Both the position numbers and the translations under genes were made by a program. 63,750 nucleotides of DNA from a virus. The DNA lies in the IMG/VR virus record IMGVR_UViG_3300045988_109082. One strand, written 5' to 3'. Positions within the stretch are counted from its first letter, which is position 1. Each line of letters begins with the position of its first letter. Below the pieces are notes generated by a model that did not search any database, had not been told where the DNA came from, and saw nothing but the letters and a program-made list of their open reading frames with translations. Below are positions 35,665-43,977 of the stretch, piece after piece.

Positions 35665-35709
35665 TGAAACCCGTGAAGATCAATAAAAAATAGATTTTCA
35701 CGGGTTTCA
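35665..35709. terminator. Bidirectional terminator between the convergent island and early operon
   Basis: TGAAACCCGTGAA-19 nt A-rich loop-TTCACGGGTTTCA. Confidence 0.7.
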
Positions 35710-35786
35710 AGCTATGATAGGCGTGTTATAAGACGCCGCTGCCTCTCGTGGAAGCACACTAGGGCGGCATTCTCATGCTTGACCGA

Positions 35787-36182
35787 CTACTTCAACGGAA
35801 AGTCGAATACCAGCTTATATCCGCTTGTAACCGGGCCTTCCACAGGTGTGAATGTGAGACTACCGTTGTCGTTTTCCGCGATCAGGTAATGATTCGTGCA
35901 TTCCTCGTTCCATTGGACTTCCCATACCGCGTCGGTCGGAACCTTTTGGAGAAAATCATGCAGCTCGTCAATGGAGATTCTAACCGGCATGATTCTGGCG
36001 AGCGTGGTCTTATCCACCTTGACTGTGGCGATGGACTCCACGCTGTCATACGTTTTGATAGGCGTATCCTCTCTGGGGGTATCCGGTTCATCAATGATCG
36101 TTCCCACTGGTATGAAGTCGGGTGGAACGTCGGATAGGACACCCGTGAAAATATTGCGTGCCAAGTCCATGTAACGCTTCAC
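35787..36182 (-). CDS. Hypothetical protein, last gene of the early operon
   Basis: 131 aa. GTGA overlap with the upstream stop. Confidence 0.65.
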   Translation of the reverse strand: MKRYMDLARNIFTGVLSDVPPDFIPVGTIIDEPDTPREDTPIKTYDSVESIATVKVDKTTLARIMPVRISIDELHDFLQKVPTDAVWEVQWNEECTNHYLIAENDNGSLTFTPVEGPVTSGYKLVFDFPLK

Positions 36183-36721
36183 AGTTCCCCCTTGGCTTTT
36201 CTCGTGTAGTATTCCTCAGCAGACAACAGTTCCAGAATCGGAGTCTGCTTATTGACCTCCAACAATTCCTCCCATGTCATCCACGGATGAAGACCCGCCA
36301 GGGTCCCGCACCAAGATGTTTGATACGGTGCCTTGTCATCGTGTCCGAACAGCCAATTATCACTGCGGGGAGCATACCGTTTGATGATCCGTCCCCAACC
36401 GGTTTGTGACCCAAAGCGGATGCGCGCCCAGTATTCGCCCGGCAGTATCGGTTCCACGATACTCGGACGCGGCTTCTTCTTAGGTGCGGGACGGGTGGCG
36501 TAGGCGAAATCCTCCTCATAGACAACGAGAAACATGGAAGCCGGTTCCTTTTCGACTCCCAGCTTCCATGTGGCTGAGACACCAACTCCGTCTCCCTCGA
36601 CCTTAATCATGGAATGCCAATCAGTGCGGGACTTGAACCTGTATGTGTTCGTGCTGCCTTTGACGTGAATCAAATCGCCGGGCTTCAGGTCATCCCAGCC
36701 GACGCGAATCTTCTTGCTCAC
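36179..36721 (-). CDS. Hypothetical protein
   Basis: 180 aa. GTGA overlap with the radical-SAM stop. Confidence 0.65.
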   Translation of the reverse strand: MSKKIRVGWDDLKPGDLIHVKGSTNTYRFKSRTDWHSMIKVEGDGVGVSATWKLGVEKEPASMFLVVYEEDFAYATRPAPKKKPRPSIVEPILPGEYWARIRFGSQTGWGRIIKRYAPRSDNWLFGHDDKAPYQTSWCGTLAGLHPWMTWEELLEVNKQTPILELLSAEEYYTRKAKGEL

Positions 36722-37416
36722 CTGTGGTCCTCCTTGCCGATATCGCTGAATCGTGTGTAAAGCCGGTCGTTCACGACATACGTGTTGTAATCATCCTGTT
36801 GGATGTACCACCAGCGGTTTTGATGGCCAGCCTTCAGATACTTCTCGCACGTGTGGTCGATGGTGTTGTCAGGGTTGACCTTCTGCCTGAACGACAGTTC
36901 ATCAACCACGTTGTTGCCGGCCACGAGATCGGCTATCCGGTCGATACGCTCCGGCGTGAAATCGGGGGTGACCACGTACACGACACGCACCTTCTGACCG
37001 TCGAACCATTTGCGGGGCAATGCCAACGCCACGTCATCGGACAAGCTCGTGGGCCGCATGTGATACACCACGCGGCTGAACCTGACCTGCTGCATGACTT
37101 GAGCCACGTTGCGTCCGCATTGGAAGTAGCTGGTGTGCATCTCGGTTTCCGTAAGACAGTCTCCGGCCCTGCGTATCGCCTCCCGGTAGAAGGCGACACG
37201 TTTCGACGCTTCCGGCTCGCGCATGGGGAACAGGGGGTCTCCGCCGCCGCTGAAGCTCAGGAACCTCATGGGGTGGTGTTCGCTTTCACGGCTGATGGTC
37301 CGCAGCGTGGCCTGCATGTCCGTCACCGGCACGTTCAATCCGGTTTTCCTTACGATGCAGTAGGGGCATGTCCAATGACAGCCGAAATTCGTGATAACCG
37401 AATAATGTCCGTTCAT
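36718..37416 (-). CDS. Radical SAM enzyme, substrate unknown
   Basis: 232 aa from MNGHYSV (ATGA overlap). CX3CX2C cluster motif GCHWTCPYC and an FSGGGDPLF SAM-binding-like motif. Confidence 0.75.
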   Translation of the reverse strand: MNGHYSVITNFGCHWTCPYCIVRKTGLNVPVTDMQATLRTISRESEHHPMRFLSFSGGGDPLFPMREPEASKRVAFYREAIRRAGDCLTETEMHTSYFQCGRNVAQVMQQVRFSRVVYHMRPTSLSDDVALALPRKWFDGQKVRVVYVVTPDFTPERIDRIADLVAGNNVVDELSFRQKVNPDNTIDHTCEKYLKAGHQNRWWYIQQDDYNTYVVNDRLYTRFSDIGKEDHR

Positions 37417-37925
37417 TGTGTTTCTCCGATAAGCTGTTCCATGTCTTTCACGTTGTCCTGCTTGCGTTTCAACGCATTGCAGCGACGTATCCACTCGCGT
37501 TTGCGCTTATAGACGTTTGTTATCTCCACATTGCTCAACAGTTCGTTGCATGAGCAGACAAGCTGGGGGATGTCCGACTCCGAGTCCGTTTGCACGACGG
37601 GTTTCTCCCCGCAGGCGGGGCATTCGGGAACCGGCTCGTCAACCACTGCCTTCAACCGTCTGCAACCGGTATTCCACTTCTGAGCACTCTTGTCTTCAAA
37701 AACCGAGGAGAACGAAAGGATGCTTTCGACGTGATCGCACCATTCCAAGAGCTGCCACGAGTCTTTTTCCAGACAGTAGTAGCGGTAGTTGCGGGTGACG
37801 CACACATGCTTCAGTTTGGGTACGAGTCCGCAGATGGGGCATGGTTCCACTACCGGTGGCTTAGGTTCCGGTTTTTCGACCGGTTCCGGCTCCTCCAAGT
37901 GCAGCAGTCGTTTCAGCCAGTTCAT
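37413..37925 (-). CDS. Tandem Lar-like zinc-ribbon protein
   Basis: 170 aa. Two repeats: CPICG...AQKWN and CPACG...REWIRRCN. Confidence 0.55.
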   Translation of the reverse strand: MNWLKRLLHLEEPEPVEKPEPKPPVVEPCPICGLVPKLKHVCVTRNYRYYCLEKDSWQLLEWCDHVESILSFSSVFEDKSAQKWNTGCRRLKAVVDEPVPECPACGEKPVVQTDSESDIPQLVCSCNELLSNVEITNVYKRKREWIRRCNALKRKQDNVKDMEQLIGETQ

Positions 37926-38179
37926 ACGTTCCTCGATTCCATCGACTCGTTGAACGCCTTCTGGAACGCATAAACCCCGGCTTTAACGGCCTTTTCGACG
38001 GAACCGTCGGGCGGCAGCGTCACTGTCACGTGCGCGCGTGGCTGCATGTCGTCGCCTATGCACACGCTGTCCGGTTCCAGTTCGCACACCACCGGGACTT
38101 CCACGGTGAACGTGGCTAGTTGAAGCGCCTTGGAGTACAAGCTCAATTCCACTTCCGTGGTACCAAGATTGATGCTCAT
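37922..38179 (-). CDS. Hypothetical protein
   Basis: 85 aa from MSINLGT. ATGA overlap. Confidence 0.6.
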   Translation of the reverse strand: MSINLGTTEVELSLYSKALQLATFTVEVPVVCELEPDSVCIGDDMQPRAHVTVTLPPDGSVEKAVKAGVYAFQKAFNESMESRNV

Positions 38180-38955
38180 TGAGTAATCTCCCTGTGTCCG
38201 AGGAACTTGTTGACGAAGAACGTCTGACCTTTGCCCGTGACTTTCGGCGTCTTGTTGATGGTCGTGTGACCGTCCGAGTGAACCACGGTGGTTTCCTTGA
38301 TCTCGAACAATCCCAATTCCATAGATTTCTGCGTGGGCATGTTGCGAGAGCTGCCGGTTTTCATCAGCCATCCGTTGTCCCTCAGCCACGCGAACAAGCG
38401 CGTGCCGCCAATATCCACGCCATTGCCTTTCAGGACTTTCGCCAAGTCGCCCACAAGGATGCTGGTCTTCGAGGTTTCCACAGCGTCAGCGAACAATGCC
38501 TTGGGACGCATCCGTTCGACCTGTGCTTGGGCCTTCTCCTTTTCCGCCCGCTCCTGTTTGATTTGTGTGGCAAGTCGGATAAGGAAGTCGGGTTCGGTGA
38601 CTGCCTTTTCCAAAGTCGATTCGGTCATGTACGCGCCATGTTTGCGAATCGATGGCAGCACCTCATGCGTCACCCAGCGTTTGAACTCGCGAGCCTCGGG
38701 CTTGCGGCTGCGTAACACGAGGGAGTACAAGCCGGACTCGGACACGAAAACGGGTGCCTTGCCGCCGTTCTGAGCAATATCCGTACTACGGATATTGGTG
38801 ATTTCATCGGCATCGAGGTATTCCCGAATATGGTTGGTGGCCGTACCGAGAATGGCGCATACGTCCGCTCCAAGGAACCACGGGTTGCCGTGTTCATCGG
38901 TTAGGACACGCACCTGAATGCCGTTGAAGTCGAATGGTTGAATCTGGTTGCTCAC
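38176..38955 (-). CDS. Antirepressor (Bro-N plus KilAC/ANT-like C-terminal domain)
   Basis: 259 aa from GTG (GTGA overlap). FDFNGIQVRVLTDEHGNPWFLGADVCAILG...EFKRWVTHEVLPSIRKHGAY is Bro-N. C-terminal LFAWLRDNGWL resembles the KilAC pattern. Confidence 0.75.
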   Translation of the reverse strand: MSNQIQPFDFNGIQVRVLTDEHGNPWFLGADVCAILGTATNHIREYLDADEITNIRSTDIAQNGGKAPVFVSESGLYSLVLRSRKPEAREFKRWVTHEVLPSIRKHGAYMTESTLEKAVTEPDFLIRLATQIKQERAEKEKAQAQVERMRPKALFADAVETSKTSILVGDLAKVLKGNGVDIGGTRLFAWLRDNGWLMKTGSSRNMPTQKSMELGLFEIKETTVVHSDGHTTINKTPKVTGKGQTFFVNKFLGHREITQ

Positions 38956-39863
38956 TTGGTGTCTCCTTCCTTGGACTGGTTTTGCGAAACCTGCATGATC
39001 TCCCACACGTCCGCATCCTCCGACAAGCCGGACGCGAGACGGTAGAAGTCACTGAACCTGTAAAGCGGATTGCTGTACGCATCCTCGCCCTGCTGAGGCA
39101 ACTGGCCTCGATGTATCCAACTGCGCAAAGTGCTGCGGTTCACGCGCATCCCGCACGCCTTGATGATGTCCAACAGTTCGCCACGGGTTCTCACCGCCTC
39201 CGATTGGAGGAGACGTTTCACCCGTTCCGCCCTGATAAGGGCTACCGGCATACTGAAACCGCATTTCGGGCATTTCGCCGTCTCCGCGTCCGCATAGCAG
39301 GAAAGCTGACCCAAGCACTTGTCGGCCGGGCATGGCCCGTACAATACGGTTTCCCCGTCATCGTCCGTGAGGAAACGACGCAGCTTGCGTGTCAGACTGT
39401 GAACCAGTTCCGCATACACGGGCGTGCTGGAATGCTCCACGAGTTTCGGATGATCGGCGATACGGTAAACCATGTCCGACAGTGGCGTGGACTCGGGCAG
39501 ATTGATTTTCAGACTGCGCACCCACTCGTACAACGTGCCCTGCAAACCCGGATAACCGTGGTCATCGTCCGCGTACAGCAGATCATGCAGGGCCTCGCGT
39601 AACGGTGCGGGAGCGGTGCCGGATTGACCGCCGCCACCGTTCTTGTGCCCGTAGGCGCGGTTGATGCGATACTCGCACAGGTCAGGCAGACTGCGTTCCA
39701 ACCATCGCAGGTCGCCGGTCAACTGGCTGGCGTGCTTGTCGCACAGGAGATTCAGATTCGGTTCGACGCCATGTCCGATAAGCGGCGACGGCGCGTCGGT
39801 GACGATATCCCGCCAGCAACCGTGGTAGCGGCAGAGCCTCGTAGTTTCAGTGGAAAAAGACAA
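38952..39863 (-). CDS. Putative DNA-binding protein (Zn ribbon plus C-terminal HTH-like region)
   Basis: 303 aa. Motif CPADKC...CPKCG, then ELLDIIKACGMRVNRSTLRSWIHRGQL. Confidence 0.55.
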   Translation of the reverse strand: MSFSTETTRLCRYHGCWRDIVTDAPSPLIGHGVEPNLNLLCDKHASQLTGDLRWLERSLPDLCEYRINRAYGHKNGGGGQSGTAPAPLREALHDLLYADDDHGYPGLQGTLYEWVRSLKINLPESTPLSDMVYRIADHPKLVEHSSTPVYAELVHSLTRKLRRFLTDDDGETVLYGPCPADKCLGQLSCYADAETAKCPKCGFSMPVALIRAERVKRLLQSEAVRTRGELLDIIKACGMRVNRSTLRSWIHRGQLPQQGEDAYSNPLYRFSDFYRLASGLSEDADVWEIMQVSQNQSKEGDTK

Positions 39864-39936
39864 TAGTGACCTTGACCTTCGGTTTTTTTGAAGGTCTCGG
39901 ACGTGTCAGCAACTCCCAATTATGCCATCAAACCGG

Positions 39937-40422
39937 TCATGATTCAGCCGGACGGCGTGTCGCCAGAACCTCGTCCAACGCCACGCCCAAACCCGGATTG
40001 AAACCACCACCCTCACGCCGGCGCTTGGGTTTCGCGGGCGGCAAGCGCAGCGGGTCACGCGCGGCCAACGCCACCTGTCGAGACTCGTCCGGGGAACGGC
40101 CCATCATGCGCTGCCGGCGATACAACCACGCCTGATCTTCCACTAGTCCCAGACGTTCGCACTCCAGGCCTATCTGCGCTTCGGACGGTTTCGCACCGTT
40201 GCGCAGCTTGCGGACGATGCCGTTGATGTCGCCGGAACCACACCAGCGACCCGTGCTGTTGTCCGCGTAGAAGCGTCGAACGGCCTCACGCGCCTCTACC
40301 GCCGTGATATCCGAACGCAGTTCCGAATAAAAAGCGTCAAGCTGAACATCATCCCACTGCGCGTTGCCGTGATGCGCGTTAATCAGCGACAACAACGCCG
40401 CCGCCTCACCCTTGCTGAGCAT
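39937..40422 (-). CDS. Hypothetical replication-module protein
   Basis: 161 aa from MLSKGEAAALL. Follows the replisome organiser. Confidence 0.55.
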   Translation of the reverse strand: MLSKGEAAALLSLINAHHGNAQWDDVQLDAFYSELRSDITAVEAREAVRRFYADNSTGRWCGSGDINGIVRKLRNGAKPSEAQIGLECERLGLVEDQAWLYRRQRMMGRSPDESRQVALAARDPLRLPPAKPKRRREGGGFNPGLGVALDEVLATRRPAES

Positions 40423-41290
40423 TGAGACCTCCCTGCGAGTATCGGGCACGCTCCTCCTCGGTCATGTACTGCCAAGTTTTCGCCATGTTCGCTTCGAGAT
40501 TCTGCTGGCTGCGTGACTTGACCGGCTGTTGCCGTGGACTCGGTGTCTCCGGTTTGGGTTTCTCCCAGTTGCGTGCGTACAGTTCCCCGCCGATGAACCG
40601 GCTGAACGTCTTCACGAACCGTTCCTCGGTGGCCCCGACATACGCTCGGGTTTTGGCTTCAAGAAACTCACGCGGGTCAGCCTCGCCAGCGGCTTTCACG
40701 ATCTTGGGCCATTCGATTTCCAACTGCATTCGAGCCTGAGATGTCTTCCCGTCGAACCTGTTCGTCGGGTAAAGACGCTCAAGACTGTCGAGCAGTCCAG
40801 CGAAGTCAGGCTTTGAGGGGGTAGGGGGAGTTGAATTATCTTTAGATAATTCATTCTGGTGTTCTGGTGTTCTGGTGTTCTGGTGTTTGTCCCGATTCAG
40901 ACGTGATTCAGCCGTCTGAAAGTCATCTGAATCGGAGGTTTTTACCTCGTTTTTATTTTTACGGTAATTTTCAGCATTGCTTTCACGCTTCTTTTGTACC
41001 TGTTCGCGACTGCGATTGTGTATAAGATAATCGTGAATATAGTACCCGTTGTTCCCGTCCGGTTCGATCATGCCGACATTGCACAGTGCCTCAAGTTCTG
41101 AATCGGTGATATCCAGCACGTAAAGCGCATCATCTTCACTGATATGACCGTCTGAAAGATTATCTCCGCAGAAGGTAAGCATCATCGTGAACGCACCTAT
41201 CGCGCTCGGGCATGTGTGCCTGAGTTTTCGCACCTTGCGATTCATGTAGAAGCCGTTGACCAACTGCACGTAGCCTCGTCTGGCCATCAC
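40406..41290 (-). CDS. Replisome organiser / replication initiator-like protein
   Basis: 294 aa. N-terminal winged-helix-like region (GYVQLVNGFYMNRKVRKL...). A low-complexity centre encoded by iteron DNA. Confidence 0.55.
   Translation of the reverse strand: MMARRGYVQLVNGFYMNRKVRKLRHTCPSAIGAFTMMLTFCGDNLSDGHISEDDALYVLDITDSELEALCNVGMIEPDGNNGYYIHDYLIHNRSREQVQKKRESNAENYRKNKNEVKTSDSDDFQTAESRLNRDKHQNTRTPEHQNELSKDNSTPPTPSKPDFAGLLDSLERLYPTNRFDGKTSQARMQLEIEWPKIVKAAGEADPREFLEAKTRAYVGATEERFVKTFSRFIGGELYARNWEKPKPETPSPRQQPVKSRSQQNLEANMAKTWQYMTEEERARYSQGGLNAQQG
40854..40885. repeat. 4 x 8-bp tandem iteron TTCTGGTG (candidate origin core)
   Basis: Read directly. Flanked by GATTCAG x2 and inverted CTGAATC (40894-40932), and an AT-rich stretch at 40937-40975. 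Confidence 0.6.
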
Positions 41291-41457
41291 ATGCTCCCGA
41301 ATCGCTTGTAGAATTCGTCATCGGTCATGCCATACAGCGGGTCCATGCCAGTTGTCGGCTTGCGCGCGGCCAGCTTGTACCAGCAGTACGGGCATGTGAC
41401 GTAGTAGGTTCCGACGGTCTCGCCGCAGTGGGCGCATTCGACGTATCCGATGCTCAT
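41287..41457 (-). CDS. Small Zn-ribbon protein
   Basis: 56 aa. CAHCG...CPYC. ATGA overlaps on both sides. Confidence 0.55.
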   Translation of the reverse strand: MSIGYVECAHCGETVGTYYVTCPYCWYKLAARKPTTGMDPLYGMTDDEFYKRFGSM

Positions 41458-41663
41458 GATTTCTCCTTGACCGGTTTGCAGTTGTGTGGCGCTTGTGAGA
41501 TTCTGCTGGTCTGGCATGCGTATGATCGGCTGCCGTCGCGGAGGATGATGGTGTCCGCCGTTGCTTCAGCCCAGCCGAGACAGGCGACGAGGGCGAAGAA
41601 CAGTACGGAGAACAGTACGGCGGCGGCGATGGCGAGTGTTTCGGCCTTGCCATTGCGACTCAT
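41454..41663 (-). CDS. Small membrane protein
   Basis: 69 aa. One TM segment (LAIAAAVLFSVLFFALVACLGW). Confidence 0.55.
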   Translation of the reverse strand: MSRNGKAETLAIAAAVLFSVLFFALVACLGWAEATADTIILRDGSRSYACQTSRISQAPHNCKPVKEKS

Positions 41664-41989
41664 TCGTTTACCGCCTTCCGTGCGATTTCGAGCATTTCCT
41701 TGGCCTGTCTGATATATCCCTCATGGAAGCCGGGAATCTCACCGGCATAATTCCATGCGTCTTCCTCGTCTTTCGCCGCGTGGCTATCGACGCCATCCCA
41801 TTTGCAGCTGTCCCAGCAGAGCCGTCTCGCCACGGCCTCAATCTCGGCGTCAGCCGGTGGCTCATTGCGGCCGCGCAGGTACGCTTCCTGTAGATCGTCC
41901 GTGTCGCAGTAAAACTGTTCTTTGACATGCGTTCCATTCCAGTAGCGGGTCGGATACGCCTTCTCGGCTTCATCATCAGCGATGCTCAT
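41660..41989 (-). CDS. Hypothetical protein
   Basis: 109 aa from MSIADDEAEK. ATGA overlap. Confidence 0.6.
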   Translation of the reverse strand: MSIADDEAEKAYPTRYWNGTHVKEQFYCDTDDLQEAYLRGRNEPPADAEIEAVARRLCWDSCKWDGVDSHAAKDEEDAWNYAGEIPGFHEGYIRQAKEMLEIARKAVNE

Positions 41990-42231
41990 TCCCACATCTC
42001 CTTTTCGTTGTTCCTGTAGTTCTTGCTTCTGCTTCTGTTTATCCCGCCCCATATGCCTTGCAGCGGGTAGCCGTTTATCAGGGCATGTTCCGCCGCGTAC
42101 CGTGCGCATTCGCATATCGCCGGGCATGTGGAGCAGGCTTTGAGCGCCAATCGTTCCTCCTTCCGCGTGGCGGGGAAGAACAAGTCAGGGTCCATGTCCC
42201 GGCAAGCGGCCTTGTCACGCCAGTTGCCCAT
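41986..42231 (-). CDS. whiB: WhiB-family transcription factor (copy 1)
   Basis: 81 aa from MGNWRDKAACRDMDPDLFFP. Four Cys (C..C..C..C) and a GIWGG turn. Confidence 0.85.
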   Translation of the reverse strand: MGNWRDKAACRDMDPDLFFPATRKEERLALKACSTCPAICECARYAAEHALINGYPLQGIWGGINRSRSKNYRNNEKEMWE

Positions 42232-42275
42232 CTCCCTTTGCCCTTCGCATACAGTGCTTGCGGATACGTTCCACA

Positions 42276-42731
42276 TCAGGACTCATAGCCCGCCTCCCTC
42301 ACATCGGGGCTTATCGCGTCGTCCCTGTATGGGGTAGCCACGCCCGCGCAGCCGGGACAATAGCGGAAATCCGGTTTGATTCGGTTGCCCTCGATGGTGA
42401 ACCAGTCACGGCTCATGGACTGGCCGCATCGGGAACAGTCGAAGCTGCTGTCCGGGTCGATGAGGCTCGGCCCGTTCACGTCATCCGGGTTCTCGTTGGT
42501 CATGTCCGGGCGGAAGACGACTCGCTGATGAATCACAAGCGTGGACATGTCGGTCAACGGCGCGGTCTGCTCATGGTTCTTGAGTTTCGTCCGGTACTCG
42601 TAGACCTGTTGGCGTGACACTCCGGCGCGCTCCGCGATCTGCTTCGGCGTCAACTCATCCTCAGAGATAAGCCTCAGCAGCGTGCCCAACGTCTCGGCGG
42701 AGAGCTTACGATATCGGCGGGTCCCGCTCAT
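42276..42731 (-). CDS. HTH DNA-binding protein with C-terminal Zn ribbon
   Basis: 151 aa. LTPKQIAERAGVSRQQVYEY is HTH-like. CSRCG...CPGC. Confidence 0.6.
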   Translation of the reverse strand: MSGTRRYRKLSAETLGTLLRLISEDELTPKQIAERAGVSRQQVYEYRTKLKNHEQTAPLTDMSTLVIHQRVVFRPDMTNENPDDVNGPSLIDPDSSFDCSRCGQSMSRDWFTIEGNRIKPDFRYCPGCAGVATPYRDDAISPDVREAGYES

Positions 42732-42783
42732 CGTCTACCTCTCTCCACCAGTTGTGACAGCATGGCGGTGGTATCAGTCCTGC

Positions 42784-42981
42784 TCATTTCGTGTCCTTCC
42801 AATGTTTTTCACGCCAGTCGGCTACAGCCTTGCGGTCTTCGTCTGTTAATCCCTCATGGCACTTGAACATGACAAGGCTGAGCGCGAACTCGTAGCCTTC
42901 GCTCCACTTGTCAGGCACGCCATGCACATGGTTCTCGTCGAAGAGGTAACGGCAGTAATCATGCAGTTCGTCAATCGTCAT
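42784..42981 (-). CDS. Hypothetical protein
   Basis: 65-aa operon-frame ORF. Confidence 0.55.
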   Translation of the reverse strand: MTIDELHDYCRYLFDENHVHGVPDKWSEGYEFALSLVMFKCHEGLTDEDRKAVADWREKHWKDTK

Positions 42982-43211
42982 TTCGCGTCCTCGCTTTGCT
43001 TGGTGGTTTCGGTTTCATGTTCATCGAATGGGACTGCCAGGCGGGCCCATGTCACGTCGCCGGTCCTGACCGTCTCCGTGCCGTAATCATGATGCGTGCC
43101 CGCATACCAGTACGAATAGATGCTGAATCCCGCCAGAAAGAGCGTTGCAACGACTGATACCACCAGTGCGACAATCAAACTTTTCTCGACCTTATCCAAT
43201 CCGCCCATCAC
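42978..43211 (-). CDS. Small membrane protein
   Basis: 77 aa. One TM segment (LIVALVVSVVATLFLAGFSIYSYW). Confidence 0.55.
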   Translation of the reverse strand: MMGGLDKVEKSLIVALVVSVVATLFLAGFSIYSYWYAGTHHDYGTETVRTGDVTWARLAVPFDEHETETTKQSEDAK

Positions 43212-43567
43212 TCACCGTCCTTTCCGATTTTGTTGGTCTCCTTGTATGGGTTTCCGCTTGTATATGGCGGGAAGTCGCATTCATGGTCTTTCCAACCGGC
43301 GGCATAGCCTTCTCGCCATGCTTTGCGGCGTTCGTGGTCCAACTGTTCTGAGCTGTGTATGGTTTCTGGTTCGTCGTCGCTTTTCTCAAGAATGTACATG
43401 AGTGTGGTGTCGCTGGTGCCAGACTTGGTATCGGTTGGGAGGCAGTCCACGCGCGTAACCCGCCAGCCCTCGTCCAGCCGCCTTCTGAGCGTCTCCAGAT
43501 TGGCCAAGTAACGCCTTTGGGGGCGACCATCCCAAAATATCGGGCAAGCCTTGTATCGTCTGCTCAT
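43208..43567 (-). CDS. Hypothetical protein
   Basis: 119 aa from MSRRYKACPIF (ATGA overlap). The longer ORF-track version runs into the tandem repeat. Confidence 0.55.
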   Translation of the reverse strand: MSRRYKACPIFWDGRPQRRYLANLETLRRRLDEGWRVTRVDCLPTDTKSGTSDTTLMYILEKSDDEPETIHSSEQLDHERRKAWREGYAAGWKDHECDFPPYTSGNPYKETNKIGKDGE

Positions 43568-43977
43568 TTCGTGTCCTCGCTTGTGAGAATCGCTAGTATG
43601 GTGTCCTCGCTTGTGAGAATCGCTAGTATGGTGTCCTCGCATTCCAGTTTTGGCAGTGGTTGCGGTGTGCTCATATCCTCGTAGTACTTGTTTAGAGCGT
43701 GCAAGCTTGTTTGCGTGTCTGGGTTGTCGGAATCGTAAAATACGGTCAGCCAGTCATACTGTGAGTTTTGCACGTATCGCAAGTGCAGTGGACAGAAGAA
43801 TCGCGGCTCATTATCATTTGTGAACAGGCACAACCAGTCTTCGTCGTCGGTAATGTCCATGATTGCGTTTTCCTCGCTCGTTGCCCAGAAGTCGTACTGC
43901 ATGCAACAGCCCGGGTAGTCACATTTTGCCAAGTAGGTTGTTCTCACTCTCATGCTCATTTCCTGTCCCTTTCCCAA
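43564..43977 (-). CDS. Hypothetical protein with a C-terminal 10-aa tandem repeat
   Basis: 137 aa. Ends ...EDTILAILTSEDTILAILTSEDTK. Confidence 0.6.
   Translation of the reverse strand: MGKGQEMSMRVRTTYLAKCDYPGCCMQYDFWATSEENAIMDITDDEDWLCLFTNDNEPRFFCPLHLRYVQNSQYDWLTVFYDSDNPDTQTSLHALNKYYEDMSTPQPLPKLECEDTILAILTSEDTILAILTSEDTK
43571..43641. repeat. Perfect 30-bp tandem repeat, 2.4 copies
   Basis: gtgtcctcgcttgtgagaatcgctagtatg at 43571-43600 and 43601-43630, plus an 11-nt partial copy. Confidence 0.95.

Noticed and set aside
39877-39899. Hairpin GACCTTC-ggttttttt-GAAGGTC between early genes, as a possible terminator.
   Set aside because: The U-run sits in the loop, not after the stem, on either strand. 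There is no evidence that it terminates transcription.
43571-43641. Possible CRISPR-like array (30-bp repeats).
   Set aside because: The repeats are directly tandem with no spacers, lie in-frame within a CDS, and no cas genes are present.
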